A stretch of DNA of 64,000 nt from Tubiluchus corallicola (lineage: Eukaryota; Animalia; Priapulida), in assembly GCA_030141605.1 (NCBI GenBank), contig JAQGDQ010000413.1, positions 62,001 through 126,000 on the forward strand. The letters run 5' to 3'. Of this stretch, positions 13,515 to 25,220 are shown piece after piece. The translations under genes were made by a program, and so were the position numbers. The notes beneath the pieces are model-generated. The model did no database searches, had not been told where the DNA came from, and was given only the letters and a program-made list of their open reading frames with translations. The number at the start of each line of letters is the position of its first letter. The first letter of the stretch is position 1.

Positions 13515-13956
13515 CTAGCAAAAGGCCCCGCAAAAAATTTTGCTTATAAATACACTTATGATCAATAATACGCGAACATCCTACCTAGTCTTTGTTTATA
13601 ACGCAAAGCCAGCAGCAGCTTTTACTGAATTAAAGTTATAGACAGAGTATAATGGATGACGTCAGAACAATGGCTTTGCGTCAGCAGTTTTCCAAGCGAA
13701 AATTGCCGAAAATAGAACATTTAATTAACTCGTCGGTACTCCTCTTGGTGGACATGTTCTAAAATATAGCCCACATCATCGTATAGCCCTGTTCTTCCTC
13801 TTTCTAAAGAGCTATATATCTCTTTTCGAGGGTCCCACCAGGCGCCGCTTGAACGTTTTTTCTGCAGGCTGTTTGACCAAAATTTCGAAAAAATCGGGAG
13901 TTGGGTCCGGGAAAACGTCCGTTATATATAACATACCAGCAGAATTAATATATAGA
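13515..13956 (-). mobile_element. Non-autonomous Helitron (about 440 bp)
   Basis: The minus strand starts A|TCTATATATTAATT and ends GGGGCCTTTTGCTAG|T, with a GCAAAA-TT-TTTTGC hairpin about 11 nt before CTAG. Inserted at AT with no TSD, matching Helitron hallmarks. Confidence 0.7.
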
Positions 13957-14198
13957 TTAATGATGGTCTACAAGTAGCAATTCAACTATAGCGAAAAACA
14001 CTGGCTAAGCTGCTTTGTGGAAATTGGTCTTTCTGAAAGAGTATGAGAAACTATGTCAGTGGACAAGAAGTGGGGAAAGATTAACAACAAAGACTTTTAA
14101 AGCAATCAAATTGAAATTATGGGGTAAAATGATAAAATAGAATAATGAACCTGGATTTATTACGTAAGCATGTTGTTTTGTTAGGAACATTGTCGCAA

Positions 14199-14458
14199 CT
14201 AAGTCAATTGTAGACATAGGAATTTCGAATGTGTTTTAGTAACTCATATGTGACTTAGGTAAGTCAAATGTAGACATAGGACATTTGACTTGACATGTGT
14301 CTACATTTGACTTACCAAAAACGCTTAAGATTTCTTGAAAACCATTGTTAACACATTTGAACTGCCTAAGTCCACATTTGAGTTACTAAGACACATTTGA
14401 ATTACCTAAATCTACATTTGACTTAACGTAGGTCTACATTTGACGTGTAAAACCTATA
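14199..14458. mobile_element. Truncated copy of the TIR/60-bp-satellite element
   Basis: About 1.5 units of the same 60-bp repeat, inverted 20-bp subunits, and the same right terminus TTTGACGTGTAAAACCTATA as 17513-18177. Confidence 0.8.
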
Positions 14459-15364
14459 TTAACTTTTTTAACATTAACTACTGTATCACCGATTCATTAA
14501 ATATTTTTGTTAACTTTTGCTTTGATCAACGAACCCTCAAAATGATTCAACATTTTAAGAAAACCTTTGTACTTAATGGTTGCTGAAGATTAAAACTGAT
14601 ACAACTGAATAAAAGACGGATTAAATGTGCAAGTAAATAACTTGTTACACAACGCAGGTCAACAACCAAATTACCCATCCACATAATAAGTGTAATGGAC
14701 TTACATGAAAACCACGTTCATAATTATAAAAACTAGTATTTTTACAGTGTCAGGTATTCATGTACATAACCTACTTAACAACGGTTAACTCCATGTATAG
14801 CGCGGATAAACACGCACTAAATGACATTTAAAAAGATGTTCGACTAGAAACAAGTGTGGTTATCGTACAAAAATCTACCATTATAATATTAGCTTCAGGG
14901 CAAAAAAGCAACGAGGCGCCAAGGCTAGCGTTAATAACGACCATGTTTTTCACCGTTCCTGAGTTCCGTACAGGGTAATGTTAATGTGATATGACACGAC
15001 TTGTCCAAACTGATAGCAGATGAAGAATGGCATGTAACTTATATAACATTTTAGAGATATTTAGTTCATAAAAACTTGTCTGGGGTAAAATTTCTTCAGG
15101 AAAAGAAAACTACAAGGTTGTTAACAAGAGAAGTTCATGACCAAAATCCTATTGAGTATAGTGCACGCAATGGGCGTGTGTGTGATCAAGTGTAAGGCTG
15201 AACTCGCATACGTAAATACATATCTGTACGCATAAATGCACGTGTACTTAACTCATATCTACAGAAATTCAGCGGAAGTTTTAAAAGTTTCTATGACATC
15301 TAAATGTTAAACACACCCACATTTGTCACTAAATGATTGTCTTGATAATGAAACCATTTCAGAT

Positions 15365-15875
15365 GTTTAGTTTAAACATAATTTATTTAGGATTGGATCA
15401 GACAGTTTGTACAACATGATTTAGGATCCTCACCACAACAGACTTTATACACTATTTACAAGAACATTTACAGTAAGAGTAGACTATGACTACACAACCT
15501 GACAGGTTTTACTACAGGGATACATTAGTAGAAAATGACGGTTAGAAAGTATTAATGTACGATTATTTAAGACTGATGCATTTTACATCAGATAGAAACT
15601 ACTGGAAGCGTTTAGTACGTAATATAAAGTCATGTATGCATTGGAATATTTTACAGTTAGCAACATAGTTAAATTCATCTTTTCCGAATAATAACAACTT
15701 CAACAGATCATTATTTCCTAAGGCAGCTATATTAAGGTTTTCGGGCAGAAGTATTTCATTTAGTTTATCAAACATAACTATCCTAGCTAGTTGATACAAT
15801 GGGCAGTGCAACAAAGTGTTCAACAGACTCAAATCGAAATCCACAGTTACAATTCGGCAATATTGGATGACCGTT
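15365..15875 (-). mobile_element. Frameshifted LINE ORF2 C-terminus (CCHC-type knuckle) and 3' UTR, CR1/L2-like
   Basis: Joining two track ORFs gives PNCNCGFRFESVEHF/LLHCPLYQLARIVMF...LLLFG...NCKIFQCIHDFILRTKRF*, a C-terminal pattern common in marine invertebrate non-LTR elements. Confidence 0.75.
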
Positions 15876-16108
15876 GTGTTTCGGATGTATCAGGCAACAC
15901 AAAACTGAAAAGGTACTTTTGAAAGCACCTTTACGGAGAGTTGCACATGAATAAAGTATATAAGTGTTTAGTCTGTTTTCGATAGATAGTGTTCGTGATT
16001 TATGCCTTCTTATATATATATAGTGACCGTATATCATCATTAACTGGTTTCTCATTTTCTTAAAAATACTGTAGCGAATCCGGGTTCCATTCCAGGCGGC
16101 AATTTCGG

Positions 16109-16260
16109 ATCCCTCTTCTGACACCAGTGTAACGGATCCCGGGTTCCTGCGCGGGTCCGTCTCAGGATGTATAGAGCGGCATACAAGTTATGAAATACTT
16201 TACAGCAGACGAGAAAAGTAAAAAGAATACGAATGTAAAATAAACTTTAATGCACAACCA
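16109..16260 (-). mobile_element. LTR retrotransposon remnant: LTR 3' end plus tRNA-Leu-type primer binding site
   Basis: The minus strand reads CCGTTACA-C-TGGTGTCAGAAGAGGGAT, i.e. an LTR-terminal CA, 1 nt, then an 18-nt PBS one mismatch from TGGTGTCAGAAGTGGGAT. The far LTR boundary was not located. Confidence 0.6.
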
Positions 16261-17512
16261 GTAGCTCCATGCCATGTGAACAGAGTTTTGTATAAAAATC
16301 AGCAAACCTACAGCATTCACATTTACAGACAGAAAGGCCAGGTTAGAATCGTCAAATTACAGCGTGCATTCTGTTTTATACAGGTACATTTGCATTACTG
16401 GGCTTCTCGACCATACCCATTACTAACATTAGGGAGTTGGTCAAAATCTGCCTTCGTAACAATACTTATAAACAGTTTTCTATGTAATTGTTAATTGTTT
16501 AAAGAATTTTAATTTTATTTTTTTATTTCTTAAAGGCAACTGTTGGACAAATAATCAACCGGAACAGTATACGCGTATCTAGCTCAGGTATGAAAAATGC
16601 CTGTCACTTTTTTATATGATTTTAAATCACTTAGGAAATTTTCGTTGCAAGTATGTTTTTAATACAACAAAGGCATTCTAATTAAGTCATAATTATTTCA
16701 AATAAATTTTTATAATTTTATCTTGTGCGCCGATTGCACGTGTTTAAAAATGAAATGTAATGGTTCGCCATTTTCTTGAAGTTAAGGTCCCTTTTGGTGT
16801 TCAGTTTCGCAAATGCACATATTTCAATGGATACACATGATTAGAACCCAGCGTTCTTTAATAAACTAATTATGTTTAATGGTCGATTTCTGACGAATGT
16901 CGAATGCAAATTCAGAGCTCTAACAAATCCAAAGCTCAATTATGCAAGTATATGGCCGGTAAAATGGTAATAAAATTAGAGTCATTGGCTATTAATATTG
17001 TTATACGCTAAAATGCACCAAGCAACATATGGCTGCCAATAAAACTAGTCGGTTATTGCCGAATTTTTTATTCAGAGATACAATAGCTGGTATTGTACTG
17101 ACGTCAAAATGCACTTTGACTTATCCGCGTTCGGCAAAAAATATGAGCCGAAACGAAAGCAGGAGAATGACGAATTTTGATCACAGTTTTGCAAACAAGC
17201 TTGGCAACAATGTTATCGAAAGTTTTATTTGCGGAAAACATCTGCGTTGTTAAGATTAGGAGGTAAATTTATAGCCAGATCTGTTTGGTCAACTTGGCAG
17301 GGCAAATTGGTGGCACAATACCGAAGAATCAAACACCATCTGTAATCAAACACGTAAATCCGTGCCATAGTCGAGAGATTTATGGGGATTATCCGACTTT
17401 AATTAAGGAAAAATTAAGCAGATTATAGGCACACAGATAAGGGTTTTCGTGGGCGGAGAAGATAAATAATCTACAAAGATCCCAATAAATTACCAAAAAA
17501 TATTTATTATTT

Positions 17513-18177
17513 TATAGGTTTTACACGTCAAACATAGACACAGGAAAGTTCAAATGTGAGTTAGGTAAGTCAAATGTAGACATAGGAATTTCGAATGTGT
17601 TTTGGTAACTCAAATGTGACTTAGGTAAGTCAAATGTAGACATAGGAATTTCGAATGCGTTTTGGTAACTCAAATCTGACTTAGGTAAGTCAAATGTTGA
17701 CATAGAAATTTCGAATGTGTTTTGGTAACTCAAATGTGACTTAGGTAAGTCAAATGTAGACATAGGAATTTCGAATGTGTTTTGGTAACTCAAATGTGAC
17801 TTAGGTAAGTCAAACGTAGACATAGAAATTTCGAATGTGCTTTGGTAACTCAAATGTGACTTAGGTAAGTCAAACGTAGACATAGAAATTTCGAATGTGT
17901 TTTGGTAACTCAAATGTGACTTAGGTAAGTCAAACGTAGACATAGAAATTTCGAATGTGTTTTGGTAACTCAAATGTGACTTAGGTAAGTCAAATGTAGA
18001 CATAGAAATTTCGAATGTGTTTTGGTACTCAAATGTGACTTAGGTAAGTCAAATGTAGACTTAGAAATTTCGAATGTGTTTTGGTAACTCAAATGTGAAC
18101 ACATGGATAACACATTTGAATTACCTAAATCTACATTTGACTTAACGTAGGTCTATATTTGACATGTAAAACCTATA
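17513..18177. mobile_element. TIR (foldback/MITE-like) element enclosing about 9 copies of a 60-bp repeat
   Basis: Left end TATAGGTTTTACACGTCAAACATAGAC versus reverse complement of right end TATAGGTTTTACATGTCAAATATAGAC (25/27 identical). Internal unit CAAATGTGACTTAGGTAAGTCAAATGTAGACATAGGAATTTCGAATGTGTTTTGGTAACT. Confidence 0.85.
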
Positions 18178-18688
18178 TTACCATATTTTAATAGTGCAGG
18201 TTGATCTGAATGTCTTAAGAACGCCAGGTAGGCCTACTGATTCGAAAAATGGTCTCCTAACAAGTTTCTCAAACAAAAGAATTGGATCTCCTTTATCTTG
18301 AGTACAGTTTTAACTTAAAAGAACCCGGATGTTGGTCACAAGTTACACAAACGGATATTGCAAGGCTATTATCTACTTGTTTTTCGGTTAACAATTTAAT
18401 ATGGGAACGACTTTACTAAACGTTGTGCGCATTGTGAAATATAATTAAATTCCGAAGTTTCACTTTGGTTAAAGTTTGCAGTGGCCGTTGGTGTAGGATG
18501 AAGAAATTAGATGTACTTGGATGAGTTCTTCGCTGCGCTGAAACTCATGTGTGTATGCATTACAAGACAATTGAAACGTTTGAAATTTTAATATCTTGAG
18601 CTAACGTTTGAAATCTTACAGCTAACGTATGTTCGAGCCGGTTCGTTTTAATTTAAGTTAGGCCAGTTAAATTAGCTGGATAAATATT

Positions 18689-18748
18689 TATGTATATGTA
18701 TGTGTATGTGTATGCGTATGCGTATGCGTATGCGTATGCGTATGCGTA

Positions 18749-18831
<83 letters not shown>

Positions 18832-18952
18832 ATATGTATATGTTGTATATGTGCATGCATATGTATATGTATATGAATAAGTATATGTATACGTATAAGT
18901 ATGTGTATGTGTATATGTACTATATATATATATATATATATACATACATATA
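18689..18952. repeat. (GTATGC)n/(GTATGT)n/(TA)n microsatellite
   Basis: Seen directly. Confidence 0.95.
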
Positions 18953-19600
18953 GTACACACGTTACTTCAAAGTGTACGCCAATTGGGAGAGCGCAGTTTA
19001 TAACAGTTTTCTAAAGCATCTGAGCTTTATGATTCATTTATGGAACATGGTAGGTTAAACCGTCTTGGTCAGCTATTAAACTATGAATTAACTAAGAATT
19101 AGTTATTAAAATTAAGGCACTATACCTTGATCAACTTGAGTGTAGTGTCCTTAAAACTGTTTAAGTATTATTGACAGATGTTCGTTTACTGTACCCTGAC
19201 GTGTATAGACAAAGTACCATGGACGTATTTCAGTAGAAGAAATTACACAGAGCTGACATCAACGCATTGAAAATTCAACAAGAACACCCGAAACAAATGG
19301 CGTTTATGTCACGTTTGCTGACAGAAAAAATGGATTACTTCTCGCTTAGTGTTAGTTTACTGTCACGAGGACAATATAAAACATTCATTATGTTACGTCT
19401 CAGGTATTTGACCTTGGGTATTAAGCAATTAATAGTAGGTTAGTTAATACAATAGCATATGACATAATGACAAGGATAATGACATAAGTTACGTGCCAAT
19501 TTGCACAAACGGAAAAACCCATTTATGTCTTGTAGAAAACAAAAAGAAGATGTAAGAATTATTCTGTAACAAGATGTATGATGCTCAACATAGCGCAATC

Positions 19601-19880
19601 TATTATCTTTCTTCCTACCATTTCCACTAACATATCCTTCTACTCTTCCTGTGTGATCTAACCTTTCTCCCAGTTCCGTTTTGTTCACTCATCCATTCTT
19701 TTTTTATCGGGTTCACATGACAGTGGGCTTATACAAGCCTTTGCTTCTCTAGCCCACTGCAGTACAATTATTCTTTTATGATAACGATAGTGTATGAAAC
19801 ACAACAATTTATTACAGTATGATGTAATAATTTTGATGTCACTGTGTGCTTTATATTGTACTGAATGTGATAATAATAAT
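19601..19880 (+). repeat. Dispersed repeat copy A (probable LINE 3' UTR fragment)
   Basis: Closely matches 21582-21870 in direct orientation. Contains CAGTGGGCT...AGCCCACTG inverted repeat and ends in (TAA)n. Confidence 0.75.
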
Positions 19881-20884
19881 AAAACAAAATAAAAAATATA
19901 CCATAGCAGGTTCGTACCTGTGAACTTTGAATGGGCGTAAGATTTCCCTTGCCTCTTAAGGTAAAAGATGCTCAGCAATAGCACCTTGAAAATTAATATT
20001 TATCTTTCATGATGTAAGATTAAAATTCTTCAAAGTACTATTATAAAATTCACAATATGAAGATGCGTTGCACGTATTGTTATATACAACAGTGCAATAT
20101 AGTACACCTAACACATGTCATTACAAATGCCCAAGGCTACTATAAACCGAAATTTTAAACTCGATTCCAGTTTTATAATCTAACCTTCATGCCTTAATGC
20201 AACATAGAGATATCCGTACATCCGTACACATCTTATCCATAAAAAAATCCAGAAGAATTCTAATCAACATTTTGACGTGCATACTGAATGATCAATCGCT
20301 CTTTAATTGACCGTGAAAATCTAATTTTCCAAGAGATTAAAAACTTGGGTCTGTTCGTTTACACATCTGCCAATAAACGAAACGAATTTGATACGCTCTC
20401 AAATTAGCAATTTTTTCTGGGAACTAATGGGAGCATATTTCCGTCCTAATTCAGCATGACAAGGTAATACACTAATGCAGGTGTGCTGACAGTCAAGTTA
20501 CATTAATTTTTCATTTTTTTTATTTCACTGAACGCAACTCCCCGTCAGTACTGCAATTTAAATATTAAACAGAATTGGCATAACTATAAAAATGCAATCA
20601 ACTGGTACTTAGGCGCCCTAGGCCATGAAATATGGTATAAGCTATGGGGTTTGTTGGCTTTTATTGTGTTCATCTAAATTTAATATAGCAGTTATTATGC
20701 AGAGTAGATACATTTTCAGGGATGTTGTGCACATGCAGCTTAAAATTAATATGTATTAGCTATGGTGATGAAGTGAAAAGTGAAGAATAATATCGAGAAG
20801 AGTTGAAAGGCGTAAGACTTGAGGAAACAGGTCTGAACATAGAGAATTATGAGAAAAAAATTGTATAGAAAGGAAGAAAGAAAG

Positions 20885-21007
<123 letters not shown>

Positions 21008-21581
21008 CAAACAAACAGAGGAAGCAAGAGAGAGGGAAAGAGAGATTATAGATAACGGTGTAATAACGGTCACTATTATTCAAATATTTCTTAATCTTTG
21101 TGCTACTCACAGCCGTTTAAACATTGTACTTTCTTTATGGATACAACAGCATTTATTGCTGGTTTCAGCATCGCTATTGCAAAACATTTTGGCTTCAAAC
21201 AACAAACTCGATATCTCAAGTTTAGTAACGTGTTGCAATCAAAGCAAACAGCTGTTCCTTCCGTCTCAAGTTTTCACCATATTTTTCACCATATTCTTAT
21301 CTAACCAAACAAACAGGCTTCTGGATGTGGGAACACGTCAGAATGAGCCGTCGCCTGTTTTCCTACTTTAACTACAACAACGCCGCAAAGAGTTAAGTGT
21401 CAAGTCGTATAGAAACACAGACGCTGGCCATAACTCACTCCATGCTTGTAAAGTTGCTATGCAGGCTACGGATATCTTTTACATTGGAGTTTAGTGCTTT
21501 ACTAAAAAAGTAACTGGAGTAACTTTGTACGTTCCACGCAAGCAAAAACTTCAGAGTTATATATCATTGTATATATTATAT

Positions 21582-21870
21582 TATTATCTTTCTTCCTACC
21601 ATTTCCACTAACACATCCTTCTACCCTTCCTGTGTGATCTAACCTTACTCCCAGTTCTTTTTTTTGTTCACTCATCCATTCTTTTTTTATCGGGTTCACA
21701 TGACAGTGGGCTTATACTAGCCTTTGCTTCTCTAGCCCACTGCAGTACAATTGTTCTTCTATAATAACGATAGTGTATGAAACATAACAATTTAATATAG
21801 TATGACGTAATGTTTTTGATATCACTGCGTGCTTAATGTCATTATATTGTACTGAATGTGATAATAATAA
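21582..21870 (+). repeat. Dispersed repeat copy B (probable LINE 3' UTR fragment)
   Basis: Direct copy of 19601-19880 with scattered substitutions and small indels. Confidence 0.75.
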
Positions 21871-22215
21871 GCTAAAAAATGTGCGTGTACGTTCCTTTGA
21901 TACAGATGTAATTATGTAGTCTCAAAGAAAGTATTTCCACTGTGTACATTTCTGAACAAATCTGAACTAAATTTAACGAAATAAATTAGACGTCTAGGAA
22001 AGATAATTTTATTTGGATACTGTTTGTTTGGGATGTATATGCATCTTTGACAGCAGACACAAAACAGCCATATTTATTCATCATTTTCTCATTCGTTCTT
22101 GTTGCTGTATTAAATTACGAAAAAGAAACTTTTTGTATAAGATATTTCTTTGAGTCGGGATAGTTTTTCCTGTGTAGGAATGTATGAACTGATGCACATT
22201 TAGCATCACTTAGAA

Positions 22216-22477
22216 CAGTGGTTCCCAAACTTTCTCGGACCGTTACCCAAATCGGGAAACCCGGTCGTGTCCATTACCCCCCACCTAGTACTACTTCTCC
22301 AACTCAAAAAGTAAACACACAATGTTTGCTCGTGACATAAATAAATTTCCAGGTGTTGTTGTTGTATTGTTGCATTCCGAGCGAAGTTTTAAAAATTTTC
22401 AGAGGGGTGCCCGTTACCCCCCCAAAAAAAACATATTACCCCCGGGGGGTAATTTACCCCTACTTTGGGAACCACTG
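22216..22477. mobile_element. hAT (Charlie-like) MITE, 262 bp
   Basis: TIRs CAGTGGTTCCCAAA / TTTGGGAACCACTG and a perfect 8-bp TSD ACTTAGAA (22208-22215 and 22478-22485). Confidence 0.93.
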
Positions 22478-22965
22478 ACTTAGAAGCTTTAACATGCGTT
22501 TGAGAAAAGAGAAATTTAACAAAAAAAGTTTTAACGTAAAAAGCGTGAATCACGTTTTGAACTTTTATATCTCGTCATATTTCGCCTCAAGTTCTTGTGC
22601 ATTATGCTAATAAAATAGTTAACACTGGCGTATTCTGTCATTACTATGTCAGAAGGATTTATGGTCAGCACCTGGTTGTGTTAACACTTTCCCCCGTACT
22701 TATGCTAAATGTTTGTTGCGTTTCCAACAGCTGAGTTTTTAGACAGCAGACGCTGATAAATATAAAATGTAACCGAGAGAGGAGTATTGTAAAACATAGT
22801 GTAAGTAGCTTTATGTACACGCTGGTACTGACAATTTTTGTTAAAAGGGAAATGCCTGATTTCGTTTTTTATACAATTTGGCTTAAAATGTCTGCGTGCA
22901 GCACTCAGCATCAGGGCCTACTTAATAGAGATTGTTTGTACATTGTAATTCCTGAATGTAGCTTA

Positions 22966-23214
<249 letters not shown>

Positions 23215-23458
23215 CTTTATTTAAAGTCGGCTTTTGGGTCAACAATTAACATTAGCTCAAAGAGCTATTATCGCCGACTGTAAATAACAACCTACAACTA
23301 CATAGCAGAGACTATTATTACCCCACTTTTACCCTAAATACCACGCGTCAGGCAGGGCAACAGCAAGTACCATTTTTAAAGTCTTTGGTATGAACCGGCC
23401 GCTGGTTCGAACTCACGACCTCCCAGACGGAAAGCAGACGCATTACCACTAGACAAAA
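23215..23458 (-). mobile_element. tRNA-derived SINE
   Basis: Minus strand has A-box-like TCTAGTGGTAATG, B-box GAGTTCGAACC, core CATACCAAAGACTTTAAAAATGGTAC, 3' hairpin AGTCGGC...GCCGACT, then AATAAAG-(ATT)n. Confidence 0.85.
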
Positions 23459-23895
23459 TCGTCTGAAATTATCAAGTTTAATTATCTTAGACGCTGAACC
23501 GGTATAAGTGCTTACTGCTTTGCCACATTAAAATGTGCACACATCTTTCCTCTCCATAGCACAGAGGTAGAATGACAGATGAACCAGCACAACAGTAATT
23601 TTCCAAAATGTTTATTTACTAACAGTATCTTACACTATGTAGTCACTTACCTATTCTCATCGCCCCGTATTTATATTGACGTAACATTGAATGAATTTTC
23701 AATTCACATTCTGGTGTTCTTTAGGGGGATTGCCTGAGCCCCTTCATTTTTAGCTCAGACGAGGTACGATTATATGAAATTTAAATTTTTATATAATGAT
23801 TATATTTCGGTGATATGATCTATATAGGAATTCAAACGTGCTCATCCAGCATAAACACAAGTATTGTACAACACTCGTTGACAATCATTGATGAT

Positions 23896-23965
<70 letters not shown>
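23896..23965. repeat. (CAA)n microsatellite
   Basis: Seen directly. Confidence 0.95.
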
Positions 23966-23966
<1 letters not shown>

Positions 23967-24924
23967 GAACAATAACTAAGCCAATACACAGTGCAATACA
24001 GTGACTAAAGTTAGTGCAATTTTTGGCGAAGTAAAAAATATATAAGGTACGTGCATAATATATGAAGTGCATAAAGTTTTAAAAATTCTATGCATCTCGC
24101 CATCTTTTAAATGGATTAGAACACACAAAAATATCTCTACAAAGTATAAGTACTACATAAAATCCCACTTTGACTTTGATTGATTTGTTTCATGATCCTG
24201 GAAAAACATCTTCTTTCCAATACATAAAATGTGATACATTCATACATGTGTGGGTGCAAGTGACGTCATCCCAAAATGCAAATCCACATGTGCAAGTAGC
24301 TTCAGTTCTTAAGGTAGATTAGTGTTTACAATGATGGGTTTCCTCGGATGTAAAACCGTCTAACAAGTCCTTTAACAAGTGTGACAATCTGGTGTGTAGT
24401 TCGGGGGGAGCTCTTGCGAGTGAAGAAACCCGAGCGGAGAGCTGTCATAAATAGTCATAATAGTTGCCGTATTGATGGCCATCGCAGGGCCATTACGGCG
24501 TTTATTTGCCAGATCTGCTGGCAACGGTGTTCCGGTAAACACGCCAGTGTCGGCGCGATAAACGAAACAAATGTCCGACTTCTGACAGTAAGTTTGTTGA
24601 TGTTGTAACAACATCGGGTGTAACAGATAGGCAACTGTATCACTTTATTATGCTATCCAACAGCTCGCTTTATTATTCAAACTTTTTTGCACTGAAGAAA
24701 TCGAGTTCCCCGCGAGGATTTTGTTAACCCTTAAAAATCGTTAAAGGGTTCATTTGATCTCGAAATGAGTTTACGACATTGCAGTGCCTCGCGGCTTCTC
24801 AGCGCTGGAGCGGAAGTCTTCTGTGGTAGGACCGGAAAATAATCAAAAAAAGGATCCTTTAATATGATGAGGCAGTGGATTAGTAGATGTGTATTAGGTA
24901 TGGTTCGATGTACGTAGACATGTA

Positions 24925-25220
24925 GATGTCCTCTACATATTGGACTCTGTATATGGGACGTTAGTATATACAGAAGATATAGTATACTAGATTATATAAT
25001 TAGTACAAATTGAGAAAAGAAGGGGTGACAGAGTACCGCCTTGCGGAACACCCATATATCATTTAACTCAAAGCAGTTCTATTGGAAGCGGCTCATGTTC
25101 TTACGTCGAATTTCTTGTTAATGTACTCCATTCAAGCTTGCCTCCATGCTGCTGTGAGTTCACAAAATAGGCTTTTCAGCTATTGGAAAGAATTCAGCTT
25201 TACAGTGTCAAAAATCCGAT
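24925..25220 (-). pseudogene. Decayed non-LTR reverse transcriptase fragment
   Basis: The minus strand has FDTV (about 25213-25202), MGVPQGGTLSPLLFSI (from 25055) and QYVEDI (degenerate YADD, about 24940) in the order of LINE RT motifs, interrupted by stops. Confidence 0.7.

Noticed and set aside
16529-16560. TTAAAGGCAACTG as a Kolobok-like left end
   Set aside because: No matching right terminus was found nearby.
17521-18003. 160-aa protein of 20-aa repeats
   Set aside because: It is the frame-preserving 60-bp satellite inside a TIR element.
23400-23458. tRNA gene
   Set aside because: Only A/B-box similarity without a full cloverleaf, and it continues into a SINE core and tail.
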